This document shows, piece by piece, positions 52,191-62,800 of a stretch of DNA of 64,000 bases. Under the pieces are notes generated by a model. That model worked only from the letters and a program-made list of their open reading frames with translations. It did not search any database and was not told the origin of the DNA. The stretch is from positions 320,001 to 384,000 of the forward strand of contig OZ250165.1 of assembly GCA_965238005.1 (NCBI GenBank), written 5' to 3'. Every line of letters starts with the position of its first letter. Position 1 is the first letter of the stretch. Source of the DNA: Longimicrobiales bacterium. Its GTDB lineage: Bacteria > Gemmatimonadota > Gemmatimonadetes > Longimicrobiales > Gaopeijiaceae. The translations under genes were made by a program, and so were the position numbers.

Positions 52191-52360
52191 GCCGGCTCAG
52201 TCCCCGCCGCTATGCTGCTGCATTATGTCAAGTAGACGCCTTGCAGAGTGGTGGATCTTGCATCATTAACCAGGTCACGAAACCGTCACTTTCCTGACCC
52301 TCTCACCACAATCAGCATCGGCAACCTTCACGGCTGATCCGTTCCCATCTCGAACTCCTT

Positions 52361-55300
52361 CTAGCGCCGTCGTGGCGCGGGCGGTACGATGGGTGGCACG
52401 CGGCCTGGCCAGAGGTTCCGGTCCATGAGCTCGGAATAGAGGGACGGTAGCTCAGTCTCCAGAAGCCCGTTCAACTCTTGGACGGTCTCCGTCGCGTCCT
52501 CGAACAGCCAATCGATCTGCCGGAGCTGATCGGGCCGCGGCGGGCCGGATGGCCAACGTTCGAGGTAGCCTTTGAGCCCCTGCCAGCCCGTGACGGCACT
52601 CATCACTTGCCGAACATCCCCCTGGAGGTCCGAGAGCCTTTCGGCCAACTCCTCTACGCGGCTCTGGATCTCTTCGCTGGCGGCCTCGCCTCCACGGCCA
52701 GCCTCGTCGGCAAGTTGCTTCTTGAGCCCCTCGATCTGGTCGGAGAGGGGGTTCACTACCTTCTGGGCGGCATCCAGGGTCTTCAGGATCTCATGAAGGT
52801 CCAGCTGGGCAGCCTGGCGTGCCTGCCGATCCGCGTCCGAAACGTGGATCAAGGGATCTGCTTCCACCGTTATCTGGCCCGTGAGCCGGGCTAGGCCGGC
52901 AGCACTCTCATCCCTGTTCACCGCTGCGCCTCGCGGGACATTGACTGCCACCCGGTAGCTTCCAGGCAGGACGTTGGGACCTCGGGGCCCGGGATCACCG
53001 GCGTAAAGAAACGCTCCAGGCTCGTAGGCTGGCTCCATGCGGAGGTCCCAGAACACCCGATTCAGCCCCCGCTCGCCCGGCCCCTCCAGGGTGCGGATCA
53101 CCCTCCCCCCGGCGTCGCTGATGACAACCTCCACGTCACCTTGGGATGACTCACCGAGGTAGTAGGTGATGCCAGCTCCGTACTCCGGGTTGGGCGCCAG
53201 GAACTGGCCGTTGCCGAACCAAACCTCGGGGTCGTAGGTGTAGAGGAGCCGGGCCGTCGGGACGGGCAGGAGGTGCTCCCGGGCCGCCAACACCTCAGAC
53301 GTCAGGGCCTCCAGGGGTCCGATATCGTCCAGGATCCAGATACCCCGCCCATGGGTCCCCACGATCAGGTCGTTGTCCCGAGGGTGGATGATCAGATCAT
53401 CCACAGGGACCGAAGGCATGTTGCCGTTCAGAGAGGCCCACGTGGCTCCCCCGTCAATGGACACATGCACCCCCTTCTCGTGCCCCACGAAGAGGAGCCG
53501 GGGGTTCCTCGGATGCTCCTGAATGATGTTGACCGTCGTCTCCTCCGGCAGACCCCGGGCCAGCGCCCGCCACCTCTGGCCGTAGTCCTCGCTCACGTAG
53601 ACGTAGGGCCGGTAGTCGTCGTTGAAGTGCCCGTCGAAGGTGGCGTACACCCGGCCTTGGGCATGGTGGGAGGCCACCACCCTGCTCACAAAGGTTGTGG
53701 GGGGGAGGTCGGGGATCCGATCGGTGACGTTCGTCCAGTCGGCCCCGCCGTCCCGGGTGACGTGCACCTGCCCGTCGTCGCTCCCCGTGTAAAGAACATC
53801 CGGATTCAGGGGCGACTCGCCGATCGTCGTGAGGGTGGGGTAGGACGCGCTCCCGGTGACCCAGCGGCCCTTCATCTCCAGCGTATCCCGGTCCACCCCC
53901 ATGGTCAGGTCCGCACTGATCACCTCCCAGTGCCGCCCCCGATCGCTTGACCGGAAGACCACCTGCGCTCCGAAGTAGATGGTCGCCGGATCGTGGCTCG
54001 ACATGACCACCGGCGAGTTAAAGCCCCAGCGGTGGACTCTCTCCTCTTCCCCTTCCTCGTTCTTCACAGGCTTTTCCGCCGGAGCCGGGTTGATCGCCTG
54101 GCGCTCCCCGGTGGTGAGATGTAAGCGGTTGAGCCGCCCACCCTGGGACTCACTGAAAACAATGGTGTGGTCGTTGGGGTCGATCAGTGTGTAGAAGCCG
54201 TCACCCGGCCCGACCTTGGAGACATCGTGATTGGAGATGCCATCTTCGCTGCGGGTGGCGCTGGGCACGCACCAGGAGCCGTAGTCCATGCTGCCTCCGC
54301 AGACCCAGTACGGATCCCGCATGTCCACACCGATCTGGTAGAACTGGCCGATGGCCAGGTTGTCCTTGAACAACCAGTTCTCGCCCCGGTCCCAGGAGAT
54401 CGATACCCCAGCGTCGCCGACGAGAATCATGTGGTTGGAGTCGTCTGGATCGATCCAGAGGTCGTGGTGGTCAGGGTGGACTCCGATCGCCACCGGGGCA
54501 TCGTCGCGGAAGGTCTTGCCACCATCGTCCGAGACGTGAACGCGGAGGCCGAGCAGGTAGACACGGTCAGGGTCGTCGGGGGCGACGCGGATCTGGCTAT
54601 ACGAGGGTCTGGGGTTGAGCGTGTTGACGTGTTCCCAGCTGTCGCCCCGGTCGAGGCTCCGGAAGATGCCCCCCCTCGGCGCAATCGCCTCTACCACTGC
54701 GTAGATGATCCGCCCGTCTCGCCGGTAGATGTCCAGGCTGATCCGCCCCTTGTCCCCCTCCGGGAGTCCTCCCGTCAGCTCGGTCCAGCTCTCTCCCCCG
54801 TCGTGCGTCCGGTAGAGGCCGCTCCCGGGGCCACTACCGCTGAACCCCCACGCCCGCCGCCGCCGCTGGTACATGGTCGCGAAGACCGTCTCCGGGTCGT
54901 GGGGATCCATGGCCAGGTCGACCGCCCCGGTGTGCTCATCCACGTAGAGCACCCTCTCCCACGTCTCCCCCCCATCGTTGGTCTTGAAGACTCCCCGCTC
55001 CGGGTTCGAACCCCATAGATGCCCCACCCCCGCCACGTACACGACATCCGGGTTCGTCGGATGGATCACGATCCGGCCTACGTGCCGCGTCTCCTTCAGC
55101 CCCATGTGGCTCCAGCTCCGGCCGCCGTCCACCGACTTGTAGACGCCCTCGCCCCAAGTCCCGGTCCGGTAGCTGTTCGGCTCGCCCGTGCCTACCCACA
55201 CCAGGTTCGGGTTCGAGGGGGCCACCGCCACACGGCCGATCCCGATCATCCCCTCCACGGAATCGAAGACCGGATCCCAGGTGGTGCCCTGGTTCGTGGA

Positions 55301-55612
55301 TTTGAAGAGCCCTCCGATAGCAGTGCCCAGGTAGATGACGTCCGGGGCACCCGGCACCTTGGCGACTTCAATATCAGCGATTCGCCCCCCCATGGTTGCC
55401 GGACCCACGCTGCGCCACTTCAGGCCCGACAGGGCACCGCCAGCCGCCGCATCGTCCATGCTCTGTCCAGCCACTTCGGCGAGGTCTGGACCGCTGGGTA
55501 TCCCAACCAGAAGCAGAATAAGGGTGAGGCAAGAACTCCCGGTACGCATGAGTACTCCTCCCTGCTTTCCTACGTTAACAACAACGCCCCCGCTATCCGA
55601 TGGATCGGACAC
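52361..55612 (-). CDS. VPS10/BNR-repeat glycosyl-hydrolase-like secreted protein (native start probably 55549)
   Basis: WRSVGPATMGGRI, many SxDGGxxW repeats, GTHGRGIWILDDI. Confidence 0.9.
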   Translation of the reverse strand: MSDPSDSGGVVVNVGKQGGVLMRTGSSCLTLILLLVGIPSGPDLAEVAGQSMDDAAAGGALSGLKWRSVGPATMGGRIADIEVAKVPGAPDVIYLGTAIGGLFKSTNQGTTWDPVFDSVEGMIGIGRVAVAPSNPNLVWVGTGEPNSYRTGTWGEGVYKSVDGGRSWSHMGLKETRHVGRIVIHPTNPDVVYVAGVGHLWGSNPERGVFKTNDGGETWERVLYVDEHTGAVDLAMDPHDPETVFATMYQRRRRAWGFSGSGPGSGLYRTHDGGESWTELTGGLPEGDKGRISLDIYRRDGRIIYAVVEAIAPRGGIFRSLDRGDSWEHVNTLNPRPSYSQIRVAPDDPDRVYLLGLRVHVSDDGGKTFRDDAPVAIGVHPDHHDLWIDPDDSNHMILVGDAGVSISWDRGENWLFKDNLAIGQFYQIGVDMRDPYWVCGGSMDYGSWCVPSATRSEDGISNHDVSKVGPGDGFYTLIDPNDHTIVFSESQGGRLNRLHLTTGERQAINPAPAEKPVKNEEGEEERVHRWGFNSPVVMSSHDPATIYFGAQVVFRSSDRGRHWEVISADLTMGVDRDTLEMKGRWVTGSASYPTLTTIGESPLNPDVLYTGSDDGQVHVTRDGGADWTNVTDRIPDLPPTTFVSRVVASHHAQGRVYATFDGHFNDDYRPYVYVSEDYGQRWRALARGLPEETTVNIIQEHPRNPRLLFVGHEKGVHVSIDGGATWASLNGNMPSVPVDDLIIHPRDNDLIVGTHGRGIWILDDIGPLEALTSEVLAAREHLLPVPTARLLYTYDPEVWFGNGQFLAPNPEYGAGITYYLGESSQGDVEVVISDAGGRVIRTLEGPGERGLNRVFWDLRMEPAYEPGAFLYAGDPGPRGPNVLPGSYRVAVNVPRGAAVNRDESAAGLARLTGQITVEADPLIHVSDADRQARQAAQLDLHEILKTLDAAQKVVNPLSDQIEGLKKQLADEAGRGGEAASEEIQSRVEELAERLSDLQGDVRQVMSAVTGWQGLKGYLERWPSGPPRPDQLRQIDWLFEDATETVQELNGLLETELPSLYSELMDRNLWPGRVPPIVPPAPRRR

Positions 55613-55850
55613 GGGCGCACTCCAGGATCAGACTGTCAACATCCGTTACACGGGCTAGGTGGCGCAAGGAGAACACCTGTCAGACGCTTGTATTCGCGTT
55701 CTGAGCGTATTCGGGCTTTATTCGGTATCCAGGGTAGGCTGGAGTGTCAGCGTGGCTTAGAGGGCCGTGAACGGCTTGCTGATCTGTGGGCGACTACAGC
55801 AGTACCAACGGCAGTCCCAGCGCGAACAGCCCCGACACTATGATCACGCT
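55610..55850 (-). repeat. Leader repeat A, copy 4, with upstream gene tail
   Basis: Reverse complement aligns with 36615-36790, including the MSDP start, in frame with the VPS10 gene. Confidence 0.9.
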
Positions 55851-55884
55851 CACGAAGCCCATCGAGCGGAAAGGCTGGCGCTCA

Positions 55885-56510
55885 ACGTCGGTGACGTGGC
55901 GTTTGAGCAGACCGTGGCAGTGGAAGTAACGGAGCACGCGGTGTCGAATCGTGTGCTGGAGTTCGCCCCAGTCGGAGGCCGTGAGATGGGTGGCCTCGTG
56001 GAATTGGACCGAGCCCTAGGGATCCTCGCTGAACATGCCGTCGATGACACAAACATGGAAATGGAAGTGCGCGTTCAAAGATGAGCCGAACCTATGAAGG
56101 AACGAGATGGCGCCTATCTGGGCACCGGGACCGGCTCCCGGGCTCGCCTGTCGGAGCGTGGTCCGAAGGGCGCGCAGAAAGATGCGCAGCACAGCGCCGG
56201 CGATGGCGGGGTTGTGGTGAAGGAAGGGCCGGAGGCGCTTCGGAACGGAGAGCACCCATTGCCGCACCGGAAGCGGCGGCAGGACATGGTCGACGAGATG
56301 GGCGGCGCTCTCGACCATAGGGCGCGCATTACACGACGGACATGCTCCCCGGCTCCCGCATGAGAACGCCACCAGAAAGTCCTAGCCACAACCGGCACAC
56401 CGGGCTCGTGCGAATCCATGAGCGAGAATGCCACAACGCAGATAGGCCCGGAAGTCGCGCTCGACCCATGCGGGGACGCCGCCCCCCATGGGGTCCGCCT
56501 CGGCGGCCTC
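55885..56510 (-). pseudogene. IS91-family (Y2/HUH) transposase N-terminal half with stops
   Basis: YLRCGILAHGFARARC..VAFSC..CPSC, RQWVLSVP, LNAHFHFH. Confidence 0.9.
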
Positions 56511-56799
56511 TGTAATGATGCGCGGGCGTGTCAGATCAGTATCCCGACCTTAGAGTTGACCGAGTAGCGGGGCCACCGCGCGGCTTCTAGGACGGCGAGC
56601 GTATCGAAGTGCTCGGCGACAACCCTGAGTAGCCGCCGTGGTACCCTGATTGTCTGACCGCGCAGCCCGTCGGGAGAAATTGCCGCCGTGCGGGCTTGCC
56701 GTATCGGTCCCCGACTGGCTAGTCTGCCTCCCTTCAGCAGGACGCTCGACGATACCAACCCCAACCTGTGACGTGCATCGTGAGCGCGGAGGCTCGAGC

Positions 56800-58329
56800 A
56801 TGAGAGTGCGTATACCTGGCCCGTGGACCCCGGCGGTGTGGATTCTGACCATCTTGAGCACGCTCGCTGTGGTGTTCTCGAGCTCGGCCGAGGCGCAGTG
56901 GGTGCAGAGTCCACCGGATCAGGACGTGGTGATCCGCGGCGGCTGGCTCTTCGACGGGATCCGGGACACGAGGGTCCGTAACACGGGCATCGTGATCCGG
57001 AATGGGGTGTTCGCGGAGGTGGGCGCCGACCCGGCGAGCGTCTCGACGGCCGGCGCGCGCGTGATCGATCTGGACGACGACATGACGATCCTGCCGGGGA
57101 TGGTCGACCTGCACGCGCACTTGAACATGAACCTCGTAGGCGAGGGACGGGCCGAGGAGGTTACGTACAACCCGATCCTCTTCCTGGCGAACGGGGTGAC
57201 GTCGACGTGGTCGGGTGGTGAGTTCATCCCCCATCGGGTGATCGAGGCGCGGGACCGCATCGACCGGGGCGAGGCGGTCGGGTCGCGGCTGTTCGCTTCG
57301 GGGCCGTACTTCGGGGCGTTCCGCTGCGAGTACAACATCGAGAAGGCAGAGGACGAGTGCCCGGGTTGGCCGAACGGGATCTCGGAGCGACAGATCCGGG
57401 CCGAGGTGGACTACTGGGCGGACCGGGGGGTGAGGAGCATCAAGATCAAGCAGTCGACGCCGGAGGAGATGCGGATCCTGATCGATCAGGCTCACCAGCG
57501 GGGGATGACGACGACGAGCCACCTCAGCAACTACGCGCGTGGCTACGATGTGGGCGTGAAGGAAGCGATCCGCATGGGCCTCGACCGCGTCGAGCACGGG
57601 ATCACGGAGGGCAGGGGCGGCGGTCCGTCCGAGGTAAGCGAGATGATCGACATGTTTCTCGCCTACGACGTCTTCTTCGACCCCAACCTCCAGATGTCGG
57701 GCCGCAACGAGTTACGTAGCATACCGGAGCTCGAGATGGTGTGGGTCGACGAGATCAAGTTCTTCACCCCCTACGTCCGGCGCCTCATCCGCGAGCGGAG
57801 AAGCGCCTTGGCCGAGGACCCTGCGCCGCCGTTGTCGGACGGGAATCTTCGTAGAATGGTCGCACTGAAGGCGCTGTACGAGGCCGGAGGCGGTCACCTG
57901 ATTCTGGTCGGCACCGACGAGCCGACGAGTGGCTGCACTCCCGACTACAAGTCGCCCGTGGACGCGTGCGGTCCGTTGTTGCCTGGATTCGCCTACCATC
58001 GCGAGCTCCAGGCTCTCGTGTACGCCGGGCTGCCGCCGGTGGCGGCGCTGCAGGCGGCGACGATCAACGGCGCGCGCGCGCTGGGCGTTGAGAACCAACT
58101 CGGCACGATCGAGCCCGGTAAGCTCGCGGACCTCTCCATCGTCGAGGGCAACCCGCTCGAGGACATCAAGATGGCCCGCGAAGTCCGTTACGTCCTGAAG
58201 AACGGCGAGGTGTACGATCCACAGGCCCTGCTCACTTCGGCCGAGGGCAAGATCGGACCGTCGGGCCCGGACGACCACGACTACTGGACGCTACGCGTCG
58301 AGCCACTGGTACGAGTGCCACTGTCGTAG
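56800..58329 (+). CDS. Secreted amidohydrolase-family protein
   Basis: PGMVDLHAH, VEHG, VGTD, GTIEPGKLADL. Confidence 0.9.
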   Translation: MRVRIPGPWTPAVWILTILSTLAVVFSSSAEAQWVQSPPDQDVVIRGGWLFDGIRDTRVRNTGIVIRNGVFAEVGADPASVSTAGARVIDLDDDMTILPGMVDLHAHLNMNLVGEGRAEEVTYNPILFLANGVTSTWSGGEFIPHRVIEARDRIDRGEAVGSRLFASGPYFGAFRCEYNIEKAEDECPGWPNGISERQIRAEVDYWADRGVRSIKIKQSTPEEMRILIDQAHQRGMTTTSHLSNYARGYDVGVKEAIRMGLDRVEHGITEGRGGGPSEVSEMIDMFLAYDVFFDPNLQMSGRNELRSIPELEMVWVDEIKFFTPYVRRLIRERRSALAEDPAPPLSDGNLRRMVALKALYEAGGGHLILVGTDEPTSGCTPDYKSPVDACGPLLPGFAYHRELQALVYAGLPPVAALQAATINGARALGVENQLGTIEPGKLADLSIVEGNPLEDIKMAREVRYVLKNGEVYDPQALLTSAEGKIGPSGPDDHDYWTLRVEPLVRVPLS

Positions 58330-58363
58330 GAGTCTTCGGCGAGCGCAGCCGACCAAGCAGTCA

Positions 58364-58578
58364 TCGGAGATCCCGCCTATGACGCGACGCAGCACCTGTT
58401 CAACTGTGCGGACAGATTGCGCTCGGACCCGGACAGTACGATACGGCATTTCGCAGACCTGCTCGGTGTGGACCATGAGCGCGTTCGACTGTGGACCTTC
58501 GCTCGTGGGGTTGCCGGACCGTGGGACGATTGGATGGACGACGGCTGGGTAACGTTCGCGAGAGCGATGGCGCCTTAG
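58364..58578 (+). pseudogene. APH(6)/StrB-like phosphotransferase C-terminal stub
   Basis: IGDPAYDATQHLFNC..ADLLGVDHERVRLWTFAR. Confidence 0.65.
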
Positions 58579-58615
58579 GGCGTTCGGCTTGCATCTCGCG
58601 AAGCGCAAGGACATC

Positions 58616-58706
58616 GTGCCTTTTGGACGGTTCACTAGGTGGACTCGGCATGTGGGAGATGCTCCTGATCTTCGCTGTGGTCCTCCTTCTCTTTTCGGCG
58701 AAGCGA
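58616..58706 (+). pseudogene. tatA: TatA N-terminal stub
   Basis: GGLGMWEMLLIFAVVLLLFSAKR. Confidence 0.7.
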
Positions 58707-58792
58707 CAACCGCCGACAGGCTACTGGTAGAGACGGCCACCCCCATCGTTCGGAGGTCGCCGCCTTCTGGTTCAGGGGGGTTGGCGGTCATC

Positions 58793-58921
58793 GCTGACCC
58801 CGAACCCAACAGTGCCAGAAACAGTGACAAACCCCCCGGTTGCTGGCGGTTGCTGACGGTCGAAGGAAAACCGAAAGCCTAGTGAAATGGCGGGTTTCTG
58901 TTGCCCACGGTTGGTCGTCCG
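58793..58921 (-). repeat. Repeat D, copy 2
   Basis: Reverse complement aligns with 41875-42000. Confidence 0.8.
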
Positions 58922-58932
58922 CCCAGACTCCA

Positions 58933-59292
58933 GCGTTCGATCCCTCCGAGGCTGAGCCTGTGCCCGACTTCGTGTTCGGCGTTCGATCCCTCCGAGGCTG
59001 AGCCTGTGCCCGACTTCGTGTTCGACCAGTCCTTGCCCGACGAGTTCGCAGACTGACGGCCCGCCCTAGCGCAAAGATCGCTCTCCGCCACGATCACGAG
59101 TTCTCCTGACTCCTGCCGCCCATCCACGCATCCCGGCGTCTCATCCGCGTATCGGAGTCTCCACGGCCGCCCGTTCCATCCGATCACGCTTCGGTGTGCC
59201 CTTACCCTGAGTCCTCCCTCCAACTGGACCATCCATCACTGCACGCCATACCTTGGCTCTTGGACCAATTGGGCGGTTGGATCTCCTATCCT
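58933..59292 (+). mobile_element. IS91-like remnant with a 46-bp tandem duplication and ori-type end
   Basis: FDPSEAEPVPDFVFDQSLPD; shared CCCATCCACGCAT motif; end GGGCGGTTGGATCTCCTATCCT. Confidence 0.75.
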
Positions 59293-59645
59293 CAGTAGAT
59301 CGCGCGCTCGTCGTAGGCGATCCGTACCTCGGTGCGCTCCGTGGGTTCGGCACCCTCGTTCGGCACCCGCTGCCTGAAGTCGCTGATGGGCTCGATGAGT
59401 TGCCAGAAGGGCTCGTCCAAGACGCCGTCGATGTCCGGGCGATCCTCGACGTACGTGGCCGGCGCCAGGAGGTCGCTGTTTCGCTGCCCGACCCCGCTGT
59501 CCGACGTCTTGGCCGACGGCTGCGCCCGACTCGGGTCGGGGTGGGCCATGGCTGCCACGAGCACGAGGGCCCGACACTGATAGGAGCGTCGGGCTGACAC
59601 GTGGCGCGGGTCGTGTGGCTGATCACCCCCCCGGGACTTGCCATG
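59292..59645 (-). pseudogene. CBM9-like/DUF5916 protein N-terminal stub
   Basis: PDIDGVLDEPFW..DFRQRVP.EG..PTERTEVRIAYD, cut at the element end. Confidence 0.75.
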
Positions 59646-59811
59646 ACAGCGATCCGCGTGCCGCGAGCGGCACGCTAGCACGTCAGTTGGCCGACTGATC
59701 GACCTCAGGACCCTTCCTCCACCACGCGCGCATCCATAGGCAACGTGCGGAACTAGGTCGTCTAGCTGTTGAGCGGACGGTGGATTCGCGACGCCTATCC
59801 CGGAGCCCGGG

Positions 59812-62800
59812 CTATCTTCTTACCCGCACCGGATAGGGCGGCGTCGTCGGTTTGGGGGGCGGGTTCGCCTCCAGCTCCTTCATGATCTCCTCGATGGCCC
59901 GCTCGAGCTGCGGGTCCCGGCCGGCGAACACGTCCGCCGGGTACTGCTCTACCTCGATGTCCGGCGGCACCCCCACGTTCTCTATGATCCAGCCTTGGTC
60001 CTCCACCCAGATGGCGAAGTTCGGGGCGCTGATCACGCCACCGTCCAGGAGCATGGGGAAGCCCAGGGTCCCCACGAGACCACCCCAGGTCCGCTTCCCG
60101 ATGAGCTTTCCCAGGCCGAATTTCCGGAACATCCACGGGAGCATGTCCCCGCCCGAGCCGGCGTTCTCGTCGATGAGCATCACCTTGGGACCCTGGATCG
60201 ACGCGATGGGGGTCTTGAGGTCGTTGCCGTATCGGGTGTTCCAGTGGGAGGCGTAAGGCCGGCGCAGGATGTCGATGTAGTAGTCGGCCATATATCCGCC
60301 GCCGTTGTAGCGCTCGTCGACGATGATCGCGTCCCTGTTGGCCTGGGGGAAGAAATAGCGCTTGAAGTAGGCGTGGCCGAGGGTTGACGTGTTGGGCAGG
60401 TATACGTAGGCGACGCGGCCGCCCGTGGCCTCGTCCACCTTCCTCATGTTCCCCTCGACCCAATCCCGGTTGCGGAGCGCGAGCTCGTTCCCTATGGGCA
60501 CCACCGTGACGGTGCGGGAGCCCGAACCGTCGGAGTTGGGCCCCACCGTGATCTCCACGGCCTTGCCAGCCGTGTTCTCGAAGCGGGAGTACAGGTTCTC
60601 CGGGGGCCGCAGCTCGACTCTCCTCACTGCCAGGAGATACTCCCCCGCCTGCGCGTCCACGCCCGGCTCGGTGAGGGGAGAGCGGAGCTCGGGGTCCCAG
60701 TTGAGACCGCCGTAAACCCTCTCGAACCGATAGCGGCCGGCCTGGACCTCGAAATCGGCCCCCAGGAGCCCTCCGGGGATCGAGTCTGGACGGTCCCCGA
60801 AATCGCCGCCTCCGACCCGGTGGTGCCCTACGGCGAGCTCCGAGCCCATCCACATGATCACGCGGTTCAAATCGCTTCGGGTCGTCAGGTGGGGAAGGAA
60901 GACCCGGTACTTCTCCTGCATCGCGGGCCAGTCGGCCCCGTGCATGTCGGGGTCGTAGAAATAATCCCGGTTGATCCGCCACGCCTCGCCGAAGATCTGC
61001 TTCCATTCAGCCCGGGGATCGATCCGCGCCTGGATCTCCTCAGCAGAGATCCTCCCCTTTGAAGCGTCGATCTTCCCCTTGGCATCGGCGATGATCCAGT
61101 TGTCGCCGCTGAGCAGCAGGACCCTCTTCTTATCGGCAGAGAGGGCATAATTGTTGACATCGTCGAGAAGTGTCGACTCTTCCCGCTTCTCGAGATCGAA
61201 GCGACGCAGACTCCCCGGCCCGCTGAAGCGCTGCCGGGGGCTCCGCCCCCTCCAGAAGTTCTCGTCACGCTTCAGGTAGTAGAGCTGGCCCGCGGGGCCC
61301 GGCTGGAGGTCCGTATAGAGGGCCTCATCCACCGGGAGGGCGAGGATCCGGTGATCCAGATCCTCAAAGTCGATACGGACTTCCTCCACCTCCATTCCCT
61401 CCGTCTCTTCTCCTCCCTCGCCCCCCTCCTCCGCCTCCTGTTCGTCGCTCTCCTTGGCCAGGGGCGACTCGACGCCCTTCGCGAGGACCGTCAGATAGAG
61501 GGAGCCCGCCATCAGCATGTCCTGGTTGGACAGGGCGAACCAATCGCGGACGGGTCCCGCGTTGGTGGAGGCGACGAAATACAGGTACTTCCCGCCGGCG
61601 TCGAAGACGGGCTCCGTAACGTCGGAAAGGCCCTTGGTGATGAGGTGGGACTCCCCCTCCTCCAGCGAGTAGAGGTACACCTGCTGGAAGTAGGTCTGCG
61701 TGTTCAGGGTGTAAGCGAGCCAGCGGGAGTCGGGGGACCAGGCGTGGTGGAGGGTCTTGAATTCCCCGTAATACGGCTCCTGGGCGATCTTCCTCGAGCG
61801 CCCCGACTCAAGGTCCAGGACGTACAGGGACCACGAGTTGTCCGTGTAGCTGATCTTCTTCCCGTCCGGGGACCACTTCGCGTCCTCGTAGAAGCCCGCG
61901 CCGCCGACCTCGATGGTTCGCACTTCTCCCTTTCCGTCCTGGGGTGCGATGTGCAGCTCGTATTCTCCAGAGGCATCGGAGAAGTATACGATCCACTTCC
62001 CGTCCGGTGACCACGCCGGGGAGCGCTCGTGGGAAGCCGACCTGGACATGAGGTGGCGGTGGTCGCCCTTTTCAGCGGGGACGGTCACAATGTCGCCCCG
62101 GAACTCGAAGACGGCGCGGGCCCCGGAGGGGGAAATGCCCGCATTGCGAATGTACCGGGTCCCCGTCGCGTAGCGGGGTCGGGCCTCGTTGAGGTCCGCG
62201 GCCACTCCCACGGTCAGCTTCGCGCTCTGGCCCCGATCCGGATCGAATACGTGGAGGTAGCCCGCCTGCTCATAGATGATCTGCCCACCCCCGGCCGAGG
62301 CGTTCACGATGGGGAAGTCCGCGTGGGGAGTGAGCTGCTCGACCTGGCGATCTGCCGGGTCGTAGGAGAACAGGTTGAACTCTCCGTTGCGGTCGGAACG
62401 GAAGTAAACTTTGCCGCCGAGCCACATGGGGTCCGTATCGTTGCAGCGACCCTCGGGCTGAGGGATCTGCACGACGGAGTGGTCCGCCACGTTGTACAGC
62501 CAGATGCGTGAGGCTCTCCCGCCCCGGTAGTGCTTCCACTGGTTGAAGGACTCGAAGACTGGGGTATAGGCGATATGCGACCCGTCCGGCGAGTACGTCG
62601 CTTTCCAGGCATTGGGCAGGGGAAGCTGCTCCGGCATCCCGCCGCCCACGGAGACCGTGAAGAGCTGCCGAAAACGACTCGTGTGCACGTTCCGGGGGGA
62701 AGCGAAAAGGACCTCCGAGCCGTCGGGGCTGAAGCCCTGGACCACATCGGCGCCCGGGTGCCAGGTGAGCCGATTCGGCGCTCCCCCCTCCACCGGGACG

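Noticed and set aside
58364..58578. Functional aminoglycoside resistance gene
   Set aside because: Only about 70 C-terminal codons remain; the catalytic motifs and start are missing.
59775..59800. Further CCTATCC hits (also 36305) as IS91-like ends
   Set aside because: They lack the upstream GGG..TT.GA part of the motif.
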